Shown here piece by piece: positions 25,050 through 35,866 of a DNA stretch of 64,000 bases (positions are counted from its first letter, which is position 1; each line of letters opens with the position of its first letter). The stretch is from Felis catus (lineage: Eukaryota). Location: contig NC_058368.1 in the NCBI RefSeq assembly GCF_018350175.1, forward strand, positions 110,796,001 through 110,860,000, given 5' to 3'. The notes under the pieces are model-generated. The model searched no databases. It was not told the origin of the DNA and saw only the letters and a list, made by a program, of their open reading frames with translations. Both the position numbers and the translations under genes were made by a program.

Positions 25050-25142
25050 GCCCAGCCCTCCTCTCTACCCCCTGTCCCCTTCCTGCGGATATAGACAGCA
25101 CTTCCCTGCCCCCACTGCAGCCCCTGGCGCCCCCTACCCCAG
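25050..25142 (+). CDS. TCF7: TCF7 93-nt in-frame cassette exon
   Basis: Branch-like CTAAC 25024-25028, ccacag| acceptor; PSPPLYPLSPSCGYRQHFPAPTAAPGAPYPR; donor AG|GTGAGT; symmetric phase 2-2; matches the known optional TCF-1 segment. Confidence 0.92.
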
Positions 25143-26435
25143 GTGAGTCCCATACCCTGCAGCCAGGCTCCTGCTTCCTGTTGCCCAGGCTTCAGAGCCC
25201 ACATGAGGCCGTGCCCAGGCCCGTGCTTGCCCTGTGCTAGTTGTCTGTCCATCCGTCCGTCTGTCATTCTGCAGCCCCCTGCTGCCCTGTGCCTGAGAAT
25301 GAAGCCGGTGGGAGAGCCGGAGGCCTCAGCCCAGGTCAGACCATGCAGCCGAGCACCCTAGAGCAGCCAGGGCCAGTGAGTGCACACCCGTGCTTGTGTT
25401 GCTGCCTCTGCACGCGTGAATCGGCCCATGTGCAGGTGTGTGTGCACTCACCTGTGTTGTGCATCCCTGCTGAAGGGCGGGACAAGCCAACTCTCCTGGG
25501 CATTCCGTGAGCCCTGCCCAAGCTGAGGCATCACCTTTTACGTGGGTCTGCGACAGTAGGCCCTTGGGGACTGCCTGCTCAGAGAAAGGAGCAAGGGCAG
25601 GGTGGTTTCCACAGAACAACAGAAGAGTGAAGTAAAAGGTATGTGTGTATACGTTTGTGTCCCTTCACTTTGCACACTCCCTCAGTAAGACTCAGACCTG
25701 GTGTGGAATAAGGAACTCAGCAGACAGTTTCAGCCCTATTGGAATTTACAGCCCAGGGTGGGAGGTATGGACCTAGCACTGACAGCTGAATGGGCTATCT
25801 GGGAGACGGGAAAACCCTAACCAGACCCCAGCCAGGGCAGGGACACAAATTGGAAGAACTTCATGACATCTGAGCACAGGGGACAAAGGGAACAGCACTA
25901 GTTGGGGATGGCTAGGAATGGAAAGTGATGGAAAACAGAGGAAAAGATGGAGCTAAGAAGTGTCAGCAGAGACGTTCATTCAAGGCAGGGCGGGTCCTGC
26001 GGAGGAGCCTGGGTTTTATTCTGTGAGCAATGGGGGGAGTTTCAGCAGGAGGGGCCAAGAGCACTCAAGTGTTTAAAAGGTCACTCTGGGAGTTGTGTGG
26101 AGAGGCCTGCAGGGCTCAAGCAGGAGAGTAAGGAAGCTCACGGGGTAGCTACAGGTTCAGGAGGCTGAGCTGGTGAAAGCACAAGGTAAGGGAACAGATT
26201 CAAAGCTATTTAGGACTTAGTAACCACCTGAATGACATGTATACAGATTTCTGCGGTGTCTGTAACATTCTGGAAGCAGGTGTTTGTGTTGGTGTGTATC
26301 TGTGTACTCGTGTGCCAGCCACTGGAGGTGGGGTGTCTGTTCATCTGTCGTTGTGTACTGTGCAGGCGGCTCCGTGTGTCCAAAGCTCTGGACTCTACAT
26401 TCCTGGCTCAATTTTAACTCTCCTTCTGCCTTTAG

Positions 26436-26555
26436 GTTCACCCACCCATCCCTGATGCTAGGCTCTGGTGTGCCTGGTCACCCTGCAGCCATCCCCCACC
26501 CGGCTATCGTACCTCCCTCAGGCAAGCAGGAGCTGCAGCCATATGACCGTAGCCT
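26436..26555 (+). CDS. TCF7: TCF7 exon 6 (120 nt)
   Basis: cctttag|; FTHPSLMLGSGVPGHPAAIPHPAIVPPSGKQELQPYDRS(L); donor GTGAGT at 26556. Confidence 0.95.
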
Positions 26556-26740
26556 GTGAGTGAAAAGGCCCACAGTGTGGAAGAGGGAGGGGAACACGCG
26601 AGCAGATCTTAGGCTCCCATCTGTTGATCTGCCAGGGAAAACATTCCTCTCGCCAGGCTCCATGCCTGCTGCCTAGAAACTCCAGGGACTGCCACAGGGG
26701 GCCTCTGGTTAAGCCATCTTGTTCTTGCCACTGACCAGAA

Positions 26741-26856
26741 TTTTATTTTGTTTCAGTTTATTTATTTAAGCATCTCTACACCCATTGTGGGGCTTGAACT
26801 CACAACCCTGAGATCGAGAGTCACACACTCCTCCGACTGAGCCAACCGGGTGCCCC
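26741..26856 (-). mobile_element. Short older Can-SINE
   Basis: Reverse tRNA-like head; CTGACCAG duplicated on both sides. Confidence 0.85.
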
Positions 26857-27160
26857 TGACCAGTGTTTTTTGATCCTTAGAAGCAGGAGGGAATGGATGG
26901 GGTGTGGAACAAAGATTTAGTTTGAGCCAACAGAGGAGGGGTTGTGAAGTCCTTAAACAGGTTTTTCTTACTTAGGTGCAGTATTTCTGTAAGGAAGTTA
27001 CTTAGTTCTGATCACCCATTTTGGAGTAACTAACAAAGATACCATTTACAAAACCCTAGTTTCTATGCACTGGCACACACACTGGACACATGCTAGAAGA
27101 AGGTAGTAGCTTTAGCTGGATACTGGGGGCTCCTGTGTGATCTGGACTTGTGCCTCTCAG

Positions 27161-27323
27161 GAAGACACAGGCAGAGTCCAAGGCAGAGAAAGAGGCCAAG
27201 AAGCCAACCATCAAGAAGCCACTCAACGCCTTCATGCTGTACATGAAGGAGATGAGAGCCAAGGTCATTGCAGAGTGTACACTCAAGGAGAGTGCTGCCA
27301 TCAACCAGATCCTGGGCCGCAGG
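27161..27323 (+). CDS. TCF7: TCF7 exon 7 (163 nt), HMG box N-terminal half
   Basis: ctctcag|; [54 protein letters not shown], the TCF/LEF HMG signature; donor GTGAGG. Confidence 0.98.
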
Positions 27324-27421
27324 GTGAGGCCACGGGCAGGTGGGCTGGCAGGGTTGTCCCCTGGTGCCGCCTGTTGACTCCTTGATGCACCACCATCTCT
27401 ACCCCTCCTTTCCCGCTGCAG

Positions 27422-27529
27422 TGGCACGCGCTGTCTCGGGAAGAGCAGGCCAAGTATTATGAGCTGGCCCGAAAAGAGAGGCAGCTGCACATGCAGCTCT
27501 ACCCAGGCTGGTCGGCGCGGGACAACTAT
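27422..27529 (+). CDS. TCF7: TCF7 exon 8 (108 nt), HMG box C-terminal half
   Basis: Follows a 98-nt intron, ctgcag|; [36 protein letters not shown]; donor GTGAGT. Confidence 0.98.
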
Positions 27530-28049
27530 GTGAGTGTCCGGTGACAGGGATGGGTAGGGGAACCTTCAAGATGCCATGCCCCGGGCCACAGTTTCAACGG
27601 GGAAAGGCAGACCACCGTCCTGAAGGCACAGATACAGAGGGCAGGTGCAGTATAGGGCTCAAGGCCTCACCTGGCCAGCTCCGAAGCCAGCTAAACAAGG
27701 GAAGCTGCCCTAAAAGGCAGGCCCATGCCCTCTTTTCACCTAGGACATACTCCCCCTCAGGGCTGTTGCGCAGCATTTGGCCACAAAGGCAGGAGGGGCG
27801 TATGGGGCCCTGTAAGTCTTCTCCATTCAAAATGGAGACCAGCATGGGAGAGGGAGGAGTCGTCTCTAACTCCCATGGTACCCTGGTAAAAATTGCAGTC
27901 AAATACTAGGCCTTCCATGTAGAAGGGATCATGTACCCAGAATCTCAGCAACAGGCAAGCAAGGCTGCAGCTCTTCCAACCACTCACTCGATGGAGTTAT
28001 AAAGGGACCACCTGCCAGATCCAAGCATCCCTCCCTTTATTCCCTGCAG

Positions 28050-28098
28050 GGGAAGAAAAAGAGGCGGTCACGAGAAAAGCACCAGGAGTCCAACACAG
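28050..28098 (+). CDS. TCF7: TCF7 exon 9 (49 nt), basic tail / NLS
   Basis: ccctgcag|; GKKKRRSREKHQESNT; donor G|GTGAGG. Confidence 0.96.
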
Positions 28099-28893
28099 GT
28101 GAGGCTTTCCCTCAGCAGTGCACACTCCCCTCCAGGCCCACATTTCATGAGCACCCTGCTCTGGCCCAGAGGGAGGGACAGAGTACTGAGCCACATACCT
28201 TCAAAGGCCTGGGCCCTTTGGAAACAAGGCCCACTTCTCGTAAGTCAAATACCCTTGTGAAGAATAGCTGTACCGAGTTCTTTGACCAGAGTTAACACTG
28301 GTGTACTGCCTCGCCACACGTCTCCTACCTTTGCTAGCGCTGCTAGGAGAAATGGATTCTACGATTCTGCCACAATGGGCAGCAGTCTGTATGGGTGGAG
28401 GTGCAGCCATGTCTAGGTCCAGAAGTCACACAGCTTTAGTTTCCATCTGAAAATGTGTGTAGACTAGGTTTAAGCTACAGCAGGAGGGGGATGTGGGTCA
28501 AGCAGATTGCGCAGGGAGTTGGGGGAGGGGGGCAGTGAGGCAGAAGAGGCTGGATCACCATGGGCCTCCCTGGGCTCCTCTCCCACTGCTCCTGTGCTGC
28601 AACCTGAGAGGAGCCAACATGATAGGATCCCCTCCTTCCCCCACCTCCACCATTCTTCCCACTGCCTCTACCGCCTAGCTAGGTGTCCACCTTTCCTGAT
28701 ACCTTGGCTCTGGGTCCCGGGGCTCCCACCGGGGCTGGCTGTGCCATGGCGAGGCCCTGTGCCCATGGGACCTATGGGGTATCTGTGACTGGCTGACACT
28801 GATGTTACCTCTTCTTTCTGGGCCCTGCTCTGCCCTGCTGCCTGCCTGCTCGCCCTCTGCCCTGCTCTGCCCCTCTGGCATGGCTGTGAGCAG

Positions 28894-28966
28894 ACCCTGG
28901 CTCGCCTAAGAAATGCCGTGCTCGCTTTGGCCTCAACCAGCAGACGGATTGGTGTGGTCCGTGCAG
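28894..28966 (+). CDS. TCF7: TCF7 alternative 73-nt E-tail exon (C-clamp, CRARF motif)
   Basis: gagcag|; DPGSPKKCRARFGLNQQTDWCGPCR; donor AG|GTGGGT; its length shifts the reading frame of the last exon. Confidence 0.95.
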
Positions 28967-30052
28967 GTGGGTTTGTCCCCACCACCATCCTCCCTTTGCT
29001 TCAAGCTGCTTCCCTGATTCTGCACATGTTCTGCTAGGCCTGTAGCCCTCATTTGGTACCCCATCCCATCGCATACCACACACTGGGGAGCACCTGCCCT
29101 CCGAAGAATGAGGTGGAGAGACAGATTCAAGAAGGTAGTTCTGGTGCCTAGTGCCTGGAGTCCTCTGTTAATGATGGTCTGACGCTAAGCTTAGCATATC
29201 CACAGTAGGCCTCATCATCCACCTCATTCAGGTGACCTAAGCCCCTGCTACCAGGCCTAGAACTCACCATGGTCCACCAGTTCCCTCACTTCTTCAAATT
29301 GGGATTCCTGCTTGTATTATCCAGAACCCTTACATCTAAGAAAATCAAGGTGACTATAGTAGAGAACCACCTGGCTTGTACCTGAGACCAAAGGATGGGA
29401 GAGGCAGGGAGAGAGGAACAGGGGTACACGTGGGCTGTCCTATCAAAAGGGCCATACCAGGCTCTGGGGCACTAAATGTGTGTTTTGCCATACAACAGAG
29501 AAATGCCTGTGTGAGAAGAAGGTATGCTTACCACATGGCAAAAGTTTGCCTGGTTGAGGCCAGGCCTGGTAGTTCCTCATGGACTCTACGAAATATTGTC
29601 AGTCCCTCAAAGTGCCTACATGCTCCTCTCCAAGGGCAAAAAGGAATTTGGGGAATGTGTGTGTATGTGTACACATGTCGGGAGGCTATTTGTGTTGCTC
29701 TGCCTGAGCACCATTATGAGCACTGCATTCCTTTGCCTTAATGCAGATATGAGCCCCACAAACCCGTGAAGCAGGGGCTCAAAGGCCCAAACTAGGAGAT
29801 GGCTCCCCTGGAAAACATGAGGCAGCCCACAGGGCTAGCCTACAGAAGGTTCCTGGGCCACCTTGTGGCTGTGCTGGGAACTGCACCTGTTCCAGGTTTG
29901 GGCCAGGCCCAGCAGAATCACAGCGCTAGGTGTGAAGGCACAGGCACATCACCCAAGTCCTGGGGAGAGGGGACAAGAGGTCAGTTAGGCCTGTGCAAAG
30001 ACAGCATTTTCTGGTTGTGGTGTATGACTATGAATTCACCCTCTGTTTACAG

Positions 30053-30075
30053 ATAACTCTCTTCACTATTCCTAG
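30053..30075 (+). CDS. TCF7: TCF7 last exon, proximal acceptor: short tail DNSLHYS* (or R* after the E exon)
   Basis: tttacag| at 30052; exon 9 G + AT AAC TCT CTT CAC TAT TCC TAG. Confidence 0.75.
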
Positions 30076-30155
30076 GAGGAAAAAGAAATGCATTCGGTAC
30101 TTACCCGGAGAAGGCCGCTGCCCCAGCCCAGTTCCTTCCGATGACAGTGCTCTAG
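30076..30155 (+). CDS. TCF7: TCF7 last exon, distal acceptor: B-tail GGKRNAFGTYPEKAAAPAQFLPMTVL*
   Basis: ttcctag| at 30075; in phase with exon 9; TAG 30153-30155; matches the canonical TCF-1 C-terminus. Confidence 0.95.
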
Positions 30156-30526
30156 GCTGCCCCGGGTCCCCAGCCCCCCAGGACTCGCCCTCATACCTCC
30201 TGCTACCCCACTTTCCCACAGAACTGCTTGCTAGCCCTGCGGAGCCGGCGCCTACATCACCAGGTCTCTCGGCCGCTCTCAGCCTCCCAGCCCCCTGGAC
30301 CCCAACAGGCCCCCCACAGCGTCCTGCAGAGTACACAGCTGCAACGACAGGAATCTCAGAGACAGGCAGCCTAGCATGTACAGGACACCTGGCCGCCTCC
30401 AGGGGCTCATCCTCTGAGAGGAAGCGACAGAGCCCCAAAGCACGTGGGAACTGGCCAGGGGCCCTGTTACCTCCCTCTCAGGGACCGGGCCCAGGAGACT
30501 TCCGAGGCTGCACAAGTTCTGCCTGA
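30076..30526 (+). CDS. TCF7: TCF7 last exon read in the E frame (RKKKCIRYLPGEGRCPSPVPSDD...), apparently frameshift-extended
   Basis: In phase with the 73-nt exon; completes the C-clamp (RKKKC); open to TGA 30524-30526 in this sequence. Confidence 0.8.
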
Positions 30527-31743
30527 ACCCGGGGCCATCAGTTCAAACTACGCCAAATGGTGGGAATCAGATCTGCATTGTGTCATCTAATTAAGGGCAT
30601 CCCTTGTGCCTACAGCAGCCTGCATCTGTTCCTTTTACTCTCTATCTTGCTGGCCAGATGCCCCTGCCTCCCTTGCTTTTCTACTATAGGTCACAGATAG
30701 GCTGGACTAAGCCCAGCTGCTTTCCCCACCCTACACCTCCTTGGCCCCATCACTGCCACGCCCTCCCCATACCACACACTTCAAGGACCAAGAATGAGCT
30801 GGTTTACAAAACCACATGTGAGCATGGTCACAACCACATGCTCAAGACAATAATGCTTCTCTTAACCTGGAGAAGCCCTGTTGACAGAAAAGGAGTTATT
30901 CATAAACTGGACCAGAGTAAGCCTTTTGCCGTGTCCTCAAGAGCTTACAAGACTAGGAGGAAATGGAACAGGTTAAGTTTAGGCCTATTACCACAGGCAG
31001 TAGGAATAACCTGACACTACCTTATCAGGCAAGTATGGGCAGTGAGAGGTATCTGGCTCTAGTTCGTATTACTTGGGTATGTTTCCAAGAGAAACTCAAC
31101 CTCCCAAGAAGCTCTGATACCAAGGTCCCATGCCTGTTACTAGTGACTGAACTCAAAAGAAATTATGGCCCCAAACCCAGCATGCATCCCTCCCTACACC
31201 AAGAGCCTCTGTCACAGTTCTAGCTCCTGCTTGTCCAGGTCAGTCTAGCCAGCTCTTGGGCAGTTTTAAGAGGGCAAACCAAACCTCATGACCCCCAATG
31301 CTCACCTTACAGCACTGAAATCGCTTCAGCTTCAGTTTCCCGAAGGGGCTGCAGGAAGGAGGACCATCAGCATCCAAGCAAGGAGCCCAGAGAACCTCTA
31401 GTGGTGGTCAGTGGGTTTTCACCACCGCCTAGTTTAACCCATTTCTGAGCCAAGCTTCAAGCCTGAGCCTTAAAAAACAAACTTTTAATTTAACTTTTTT
31501 TGCCGCCTCCTCAACTGTATATAGCCTGAACCCAAAGAAAAAGGGCTGTTGCTGTACCCACACATCCCTCAACAAAAGCCTTCATAGTTCCTACTTTAGC
31601 CACTGGCTTCTCAGAATCCAAAGATCATATATTCTAGTATAGTGTTGCAAGAAGTCTTGAGAAAAAGAAAAGGACTATTGTAGTGTTCAAAATATTTTTG
31701 TATTGTTAATGCATCATCATACAAAAACTTTTTTTAACATGAG

Positions 31744-31749
31744 AATAAA
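31744..31749 (+). terminator. TCF7: TCF7 polyadenylation signal AATAAA
   Basis: AATAAA with upstream TTTTTGTA and downstream T/GT-rich tract (tactttttactgggtttcttttt). A further AATAAA lies at 32514-32519. Confidence 0.8.
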
Positions 31750-34700
31750 GATACTTTTTACTGGGTTTCTTTTTCAAAGTTGACCCTGAGGAATATGCTG
31801 TTTCAGTAACAGAGCATACAGACTACTTTTCTTCCCCACAGCCATAAAACTTGGGGTTTACTCTCTATAATGGTACACACATTCTAAAGACTTTCAGTCC
31901 ACCTCACCTCCCTGCTGCAACCCCGAGAGCTAAGCTCATTCTAGGTGTAAACTACTATTCCAAGCCTTGGTCCTAACTCCCCAATCCTCGGACCTCACAA
32001 GTGATGCAGCTGCAGGCTAGCCTGCACACGACATTGCGCTGGAAACTGCCACCACGGACCCACATGACCACCAGGCTCCATCTTCCCCTCCATTTTCCTT
32101 CCACACAAAGACTGAACACAAGTATACATCCTACTTCAAGGAAAACCAGACCAGGAGTCTTCTATAATTTGGGATCAGAAATTTCAAAAGGGCATTTTAA
32201 CAGCACCCTTTCTTCCCCCAAAACTATTAAGGTGCTTGAGATATCTTCGTATTTTTATAGAAAGCCTCTCCAGTTTGATAAATCTACAGACTACTTTTAT
32301 ACAGCAGTGTCCATCATGTTTAAGAATACAGCTAACTCCTAAAACCCAACATGAATGTAAAAGGTGTCATAAAGCCACCTCAATAGGTCAGTCAACTGTT
32401 AGATACAAATGCTGGACAAGAATATCACAACAGCCAGCCACTGGGCCACCGATCATGCATTGTACTTTTCACTGAGTTCTATTTTTGGGATTTTATGTTT
32501 GAAAATATTTATAAATAAAGTCATCTTCCAGAGTAGTGTCTATTTAAAGTAGGCCACTGGAAGCTGTAATCCCAGATGGGCTTTTTTTCTCCAAAGAGTT
32601 AGAAGAGACCATTCTCTCGACATCTGTCCCATTTAAAGAATTCCACTCTGGCTAATGGCCTAGTTGTTTGAAAAACTACATTTTAAGGCTTATGCAAGAC
32701 TGGGTTGCTGCATCTGATTTGGTGTCTTATTTAGAGCACACTGGGTACAGGAACAATGCACCCTTTGTGTATGTGAGGGTGAAGAGGGAAGGCATTGGCA
32801 ACTTTGTTACAATCAAACCAGCCTTTTAAAAGAAGTGATTTCAAAGAGGAAACAAATCCTCCCAGATCACACCAGCAAATTCCTGAGGCCACAGGTGACT
32901 TGAGAGTGAAGCCCTAAATTCAACTTCAAATAGCACACCAGTTCCATCTCACTGCCAGCCAAGAACTAGCCATTTTTAAGACCTCAGACAAGATACCTCA
33001 ACCTCCCTTACACATTTCCCAGAAAACAAGCAAACGGGCTTGGCATACAGATCTTGACCCTTCCCATGTTTCAGCTGCCCCTCCTGTGCTCACAATACGG
33101 TGAAGGCTCAGCTCAGCAACCTGGCAAGACCTGCCCAAGTCTCTCAGTTTGAACACGTTTCCCCTTTTTATAGAGAAAGCCCTGTGGCTATACTCTTCTG
33201 TGTGTTTTGAATGTCCCCAAAGCACTACTGCCCTGCTCTATGCAGTGTACAGGAAGTCTGGCTAGAAAAGCCACAAGTCCCGGGCAGTAGACTGATTCTG
33301 TGCATTATTCCAAAGAAGAAATAAAATTGGTTCCTGCATGCATTTCTAGGAAAAAAAAAACACAAAAAACAAAAAACAGCATAGAAAGGGCAAAGGTAAC
33401 AAAGACCTGCCAGGTCTATATATCAAGGAAGATTTGAGACCAAAAACTAATTCCTTAATAAAAAAGCTGACAGGCTTTTGTTTCAAGTTAGAAAGGCTGC
33501 TTTATCAGGACTTTCTCAGGTCTACTCAGAGCTCACCACCCAAGGAGACTCTGGTTCCCAGGAACTCCCCCAGATCTCTAACTCAGGCTCTTGGGCTCTC
33601 TACTGGCCCAGGGCAGCTAATGGACCTTCACTGGTCTACCTGTACACAATGGGCAGGAGGAGTCTGAGAGGAGCCCTAACTGATGTAATTAAGACAGTGG
33701 AGAGACGTTAGAAGGGGATATTCCCATAGTCAGTTTGCTAGAATAAAAGCCTAGCTCAAGGCAGGACAGATTATGAAATTAACGCTAGTGTAGGCACAGA
33801 AGTAACTGGAAAAAGCAAATTCTGTGCTAGGGGTAGGAACTATCCTATCTCTAGCGGTTGTCAAGAATTCAGTCACTGGCAATACAAGTTAAGAGATATC
33901 TCATCAGCTATGAATTCTATAGCAAATAGTTACTAGTTCAAGTTGACACATTTTTCAAGTTCACCTGGGGCTCGGGACCAGGTCTTTCTTCTCGATTCAG
34001 ATGTTCTTTCATTTCTTTATCTGAAGACTTGTTCTTTTGAGCATGTACAGTCAATCTCTGGGGTATGGGTGAGGGAAAGGGAGAAATGTGGAGGGGGAGT
34101 AAAGAGTAGGAAATGAAGGAAGAGAAGGAAAGGCAGGCCACTCTGGAAACTCCTCTTGAATACAGTTTTGTGACAGTGTAGCTCTCTGTATTCCCACCCA
34201 TCCTAACAGCCTCCTGGGACACAATTATCTGCAAAGCAATTGAAATAAGTAAAAGAAGTTGTAGAAAAGCACACTCAGCACAGAAAAGTGCTCAGTAAGT
34301 ACTTCTGAAATTTTTAAGTTAAGCAGTGTCAAAAAGTCATGGGAACCACAGAACGTAGAAATAGATACTGTTGTAAGCAACTATATTCTATATTCTTCCC
34401 ACAAAATGCCTCTCGGTTTTGGGACACAGATCAGATGTAGCCAAGGTGTGAAATACTACAAGGCAACAAGTATACCATCCAGGAGTTACATAAACTATCG
34501 CTCAAATCAAGTCCCACACTGGAATTCCATCCAATGAGAGCATCCTGACCAACTCTTATATGCCACCAATAAGGCTCCTATCCACTGACAGCTCAACAGT
34601 AAGGACAGCATTCAGTCTATACTGCTTAGATGTCCAAAAGGCTCTATGTTGGGCCAAGGATTATGTTCTAAACTTCCCACACCATCAGTCTTGATATGCA

Positions 34701-35652
34701 CATCTCGTTCTCACTCTGCCTTGCAAAGAGTCGTTTTTAACAGTAAACAAAACATCAAATAGGACTGTCAAACTCCCAAATTCACAATCCTTTAGTACAA
34801 TACTAAAAAAATGTTTTCGTTCAAATACTCAACTGCACTGCCCGACATGGGTCTAACTAATTACTACTCTTCCCAGAGTATCACAAAATTCTGTCAGCCC
34901 TCATGTCTCTTTTCAGCCTATGTTCTCCAGCAGACCTACTGACACCCAACCTTTTGCTGGTAGTTCCACACTGAACACTGCCTTCCCCTCACCTTGGCAT
35001 CACTCCACTCCCAACCAAAACAACTTCTGAAACCAAATTAGTTTCTCTCACAGCACTTTCGTAGACTCTTCCAGCCCTGGGGCCCCCATTTACTCATTAA
35101 TCTTGTTCTGTACAGGAACATTTTTAATAGTTACTCATCCCCTCCTAGCAGTATTTATGCCTTGCCTCATGAGCTACGCCAAAAGCTCCCAAAAGGGCAA
35201 CCATCTCTTACACTTCCTACAAAAGAGAAGCCAGGGGCTACACTTTAGGGATTCAATCATTTCATATGTTTTCCCTTTACTTGCAGTCTTCTCCCTTACT
35301 CTCTTCTGTCCTAGCGTAAAATCAGTTTTCATACAAACCAGATAACTGAAGATTACCATCTTTATAAAGCTCAAGTAACTTCTAGGGAGAACATTTGTTT
35401 GATTCCATTCCATTTAAATGTATAATGAGCTTTAGAACAAGAAAGACCAGAAAGATCTTCAAATGGAAGTGGTGGCACAAGTTAAGCTTGGAAAGATGAA
35501 AGCTTCTTAGGCCATGGATATGATAAAGGGTACTGCTGTTCTCTCAGTTCTTTCCTCATGCAAGCCACTTCCTATCCCTGTATAAACTGCCCTAGTAAGA
35601 GTCTAGGCAACCTATACCTCATTTCATTTTTTTCCAGATACGGTATATATTC

Positions 35653-35866
35653 TTATTTTAAGTTTGAGAGAGGGAGGGAGAGAGAGAGAAGGAGGGAAGG
35701 AGAGGGGGGGGGGGGGGAGGGAGGGAGGGAGGGAGAGCACGAACGAACATATCCCAAACAGGCTCCACACTGGGTGTGGAGGGGCTCAATCCCACAACCA
35801 GGAGACCATGACCTGAATCAAAACCAAGAGTTGGATGCTTAACCGACTGAGCCACCCAGGCACCCC
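35653..35866 (-). mobile_element. Can-SINE
   Basis: Reverse SINEC with GA-rich tract and head ...gccacccaggcacccc. Confidence 0.9.

Noticed and set aside
29600..29720. Looked for the human TCF-1A tail (ETNWPRELKDG..., recalled) upstream of the last exon
   Set aside because: No matching frame or acceptor recognisable by eye; absence cannot be claimed without an alignment.
33500..33700. Possible distal TCF7 exon (ctttctcag| followed by open frames)
   Set aside because: Only a generic acceptor-like motif; no homology or other support.
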